DNA from: Planctomycetota bacterium
GTDB lineage: Bacteria > Planctomycetota > PLA2 > JAEUHO01
Direction of reading: 5' to 3'
DNA: 64,000 nt
Assembly (NCBI GenBank): GCA_050248855.1
Contig: JBFWRP010000003.1
Span: 96,001 to 160,000, forward strand
Part shown: in pieces, positions 61,125 to 64,000 of the stretch
Layout of the letters: every line of letters starts with the position of its first letter
Numbering within the stretch: position 1 is the stretch's first letter
Position numbers and translations under genes: made by a program
The notes under the pieces: model-generated
What the model was told of the DNA's origin: nothing
Database searches by the model: none
What the model saw: only the letters and a program-made list of their open reading frames with translations

Positions 61125-64000
61125 ATGACGAACGCCAAGACGTGGGGGGCGCTGTTGACTGCCCTGGCTCTGGCCGTGGTCCCCGCCTGCGGTGGGGGGG
61201 GTAGTGGGTTTTCCGCCTCCACCCCCAGCCTGACCCTCGGCAGTGCCCTGCTGCCCCTGCTGAACTCGGGCGAGGCCCTGTCCGGTGACGGGTATGCCTT
61301 GCCCATCGAGGGTGGCTGCGGCGGCCCGTACACGATCCGGCTCATCGGCGGCTCGCTCCCCGACGGGATCGAGATCGACGACCGCCAGATGGACATCGAC
61401 GGTCCGGGCAACCCGGCCGAGGACCGACACCACCTGGTGGGCACGGCCCTGGAAGACGGCGTCTTCAGCTTCCGGCTCGAGATCCTCGACCGCGGGTGCA
61501 AGCCCTCCGCGTCGATGACCGCCGACTTCACCTGGAGCGTGACGCAGGGCAGCGTGGTCATCGTGGACGCGAACCCGGCCTCGATCCCGGTCGGCCTCTA
61601 CGACGACCCGCAGAAGTACCTCGACGTCGACGCGCTGGACAAGACGGTCTACGGCGACTTCACGAGCATCACGTTCGTCATCGCCGGCGGCGTGGGCCCC
61701 TACACCTGCGCGATCATCGACGACCCGGCCGACCCGGACGACGACAACGGCCTGCCCTTCGGCGTGGTGATGCCGCCGGCCTCGTGCAGCATCGTCGGCT
61801 CGCCCCAGCAGGTGGGCGACGGTGGCAAGCCGTTCCGCTTCACGGTCCTGGCCACGGACAGCGTGGGCAACGACGCCGTGCGCAAGTTCCAGTGGAAGAT
61901 CGACACACCTCCGATGATCGTCGGCTCGACCGACATCCAGGATGGTCTGGTGGGGGACCTCTACGGCGACGCCATCCAGATCGTGGACGGCGTGCCGCCC
62001 TTCAAGTTCGAGATGACGGCCGATCTGCCGACGGACCTCGACAACACGAGTGCGGCGTGGGTCTACGCGCCGCCGGCGGCCCCGACCTTCCCGTCGCTCA
62101 GCGGCTTCACGGTGGCTGCGACGGGCGAGGCCAGCAACAAGCTGTCGGCCGCCGACTACCCGGCTCCGGCCGCGCTCGGTCCCTACTACCCGGCGCCACC
62201 CGAGGGGCTGTTCATCACGGAGGACGGCGGGTTGGCCGGTAGCCTGTCGGGCTACCCGCGCCGCTACGGCTCCTTCACGGTCAACATCCACGCCTACAGC
62301 GCGACGGTGCCCAACGAACGTGGGCAGCACGCCTTCGCGCAGTTCGACTTCGACGTCGCCCCGGGCGCACCCATGCAGATGGTGGACACGTTCGTGGTCG
62401 ACGGCGACGGGAGCAACACCTTCCTGGCCAACACCAAGGACGGCGTCGCCACGCTGCCCGAGTTCGAGGTGCTCCAGCCGACGACCGTGCAGATGGTGGC
62501 CACCGGTGGCGCGCCCTTCGACGGCTACACCGACGCCCCGCACGCCAGCCAGCGCCTGCTGGACCTGGGCGAGGTGGCCGGCACGTACGAGTGGTCGGTC
62601 AGCGACTGGGACCCGCGCGGCATCGGCTGGCACCCGGGCAACGTCCCGGCGGGCCGCCCGACCGGCATCGACGCCGACATCACCGGCAAGATCGCCACCA
62701 CCAACAGCGGCTTGGATCTCCAACGCCAGGGTCGCCAGGTGATCGAGGTCACCGTGGCCGACCAGCGCCTGCCCGTGCCGGGCAACGATGTCCACGAGAT
62801 CGCCCTGTCGATCGGTCCGGATGTCCTCATCATCGCGGAGAGCCGCCAGACCTCGACCACCACGACGGGAGGGTCCACGGACAGCACGCCGCATGGCGAT
62901 TCGATGTTCATCAAGAAGATGCAGATCGTGAACAACGTGGCGCAGCGTTCGCCGCTGGACGACAGCGACATGGCGCCGACGCACATCGTGCCGGCGATCG
63001 CCAACCTCAATGCGCTGTCGAACCCGCTCGGGCGCCTGATCTCCGGGGTCGGCAAGTCGACCTACACGGGCACGGGTCGCCACGCCGGTGCCAGCGACCT
63101 GATCCGCGTCCACGTCAACAAGACGGGCTGGTGGAACGACAGCTGGCAGCTCCACCCCAAGGCGGCGCGCTCGTTCATGCACGGCGATGCCACCAAGCCC
63201 TACTACGAGTACTACGCCAACGAGTACTACAACTACAGCTCGTGCGCGGAGACGACGGCCGTGGCGCTCCCGGACATCGTGGACGGCAGCGTGGCCCACG
63301 ACCCGAGCGCGGGCGTCTACACGGACGGCGGCAAGCTGCACTTCTTCGAGAACGACACCCACTTCGGCGTGTTCATCATCCGCGACGACGCACGCATCTA
63401 CGTGCCGTTCGCCATGCAGAAGGGAACGTGGCAGGGCTTCGGCGACTACTGCCAGTCCCCGCTCAACGGTACCGGCGCCGGCGCGAGCAGCTCGAGCCAC
63501 ATGCGGATCGCGCACATGGGCGTCTCGCCCAACGGGCGCTTTGCGGCGTTCAAGATCAAGGGCAGCCCGACCTCCATGTACGAGAGCACGGGGACGTCGC
63601 GCACGGTCCTGATCGACCTGGCGGGCGACAAGTCGCTCGGTGGCAACACCTACCGCATCGTGGGCACGTCGTACTCGTCGGGCTACCTGATGGCCGACGC
63701 CATCACGCTGACCGACGAGCACCTGTACCTGCTCGTGCAGCGCGGCTCGCTCAACAACCGCTTCGGTTGGCAGCAGCACAACGTGTACCGCGAGTCGATC
63801 CTCGGTGGAACGGGTACGGCCCAGTTCGCGCCGGGGCTGCCGAGCAACGGCACGTCGTCCTACCTGAGCCTTCCGTACCACAACATCACGACGAGCTACT
63901 ACTCGTCCTCGTTCAACGGCTCGACGGTGTACTACAACTACTACTTCTACATGGGCGGCTGCTCGACGAACCGCACGGAGAACGACTCCGCGCCGATCCC
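61125..64000 (+). CDS. Giant lipoprotein paralog 5 (3' truncated by window; absent from ORF track)
   Basis: GGAGG RBS and ATG 61125: MTNAKTWGALLTALALAVVPAC-GGGGSG. Colinear with paralog 4 to the window end (...TENDSAPIP). Confidence 0.88.
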   Translation, partial: MTNAKTWGALLTALALAVVPACGGGGSGFSASTPSLTLGSALLPLLNSGEALSGDGYALPIEGGCGGPYTIRLIGGSLPDGIEIDDRQMDIDGPGNPAEDRHHLVGTALEDGVFSFRLEILDRGCKPSASMTADFTWSVTQGSVVIVDANPASIPVGLYDDPQKYLDVDALDKTVYGDFTSITFVIAGGVGPYTCAIIDDPADPDDDNGLPFGVVMPPASCSIVGSPQQVGDGGKPFRFTVLATDSVGNDAVRKFQWKIDTPPMIVGSTDIQDGLVGDLYGDAIQIVDGVPPFKFEMTADLPTDLDNTSAAWVYAPPAAPTFPSLSGFTVAATGEASNKLSAADYPAPAALGPYYPAPPEGLFITEDGGLAGSLSGYPRRYGSFTVNIHAYSATVPNERGQHAFAQFDFDVAPGAPMQMVDTFVVDGDGSNTFLANTKDGVATLPEFEVLQPTTVQMVATGGAPFDGYTDAPHASQRLLDLGEVAGTYEWSVSDWDPRGIGWHPGNVPAGRPTGIDADITGKIATTNSGLDLQRQGRQVIEVTVADQRLPVPGNDVHEIALSIGPDVLIIAESRQTSTTTTGGSTDSTPHGDSMFIKKMQIVNNVAQRSPLDDSDMAPTHIVPAIANLNALSNPLGRLISGVGKSTYTGTGRHAGASDLIRVHVNKTGWWNDSWQLHPKAARSFMHGDATKPYYEYYANEYYNYSSCAETTAVALPDIVDGSVAHDPSAGVYTDGGKLHFFENDTHFGVFIIRDDARIYVPFAMQKGTWQGFGDYCQSPLNGTGAGASSSSHMRIAHMGVSPNGRFAAFKIKGSPTSMYESTGTSRTVLIDLAGDKSLGGNTYRIVGTSYSSGYLMADAITLTDEHLYLLVQRGSLNNRFGWQQHNVYRESILGGTGTAQFAPGLPSNGTSSYLSLPYHNITTSYYSSSFNGSTVYYNYYFYMGGCSTNRTENDSAPI

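Noticed and set aside
40814..63881. Very long minus-strand ORFs (1307-1718 aa), also antisense ORFs over groEL, nuo and lon
   Set aside because: Antisense shadows of high-GC3 genes, with no motifs and mirroring the plus-strand frame.
40925..64000. Diversity-generating retroelement acting on the Tyr/Asn-rich loops
   Set aside because: No reverse transcriptase, Avd or template/variable repeat pair in the window, and paralog differences are not confined to adenines.

Overview
GC-rich bacterial chromosome segment, probably from a Planctomycetota-like organism. That is inferred from the groEL-groES-groEL-dnaJ-grpE order, an ASPIC/UnbV FG-GAP lipoprotein and many lipobox proteins; it is not verified. 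Bases 1-39.6 kb are mostly housekeeping: a chaperone operon extended by an FmdB-type zinc ribbon gene, yacG, a membrane protein, queE and a methyltransferase; der and peptidase E; a peptide ABC cluster; lon; and a complete nuoA-N operon. Two oddities sit in this part: the ABC binding protein looks circularly permuted relative to DppA/OppA, and an orphan gene is bracketed by a family of palindromic repeats. From 40.9 kb to the window end lies the best candidate for an undescribed system: at least five tandem paralogous ~1,520-aa lipoproteins. Each has a lipobox, about 4 putative Ig-like domains and a probable beta-propeller, with a conserved framework interrupted by variable Tyr/Ser/Thr-rich loops. 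Each has its own sigma54-type -24/-12 candidate promoter, three of the four complete copies end in a terminator-like hairpin, and the copies show near-identical and mosaic tracts suggesting recombination. All calls come from reading motifs by eye; no database searches were run.
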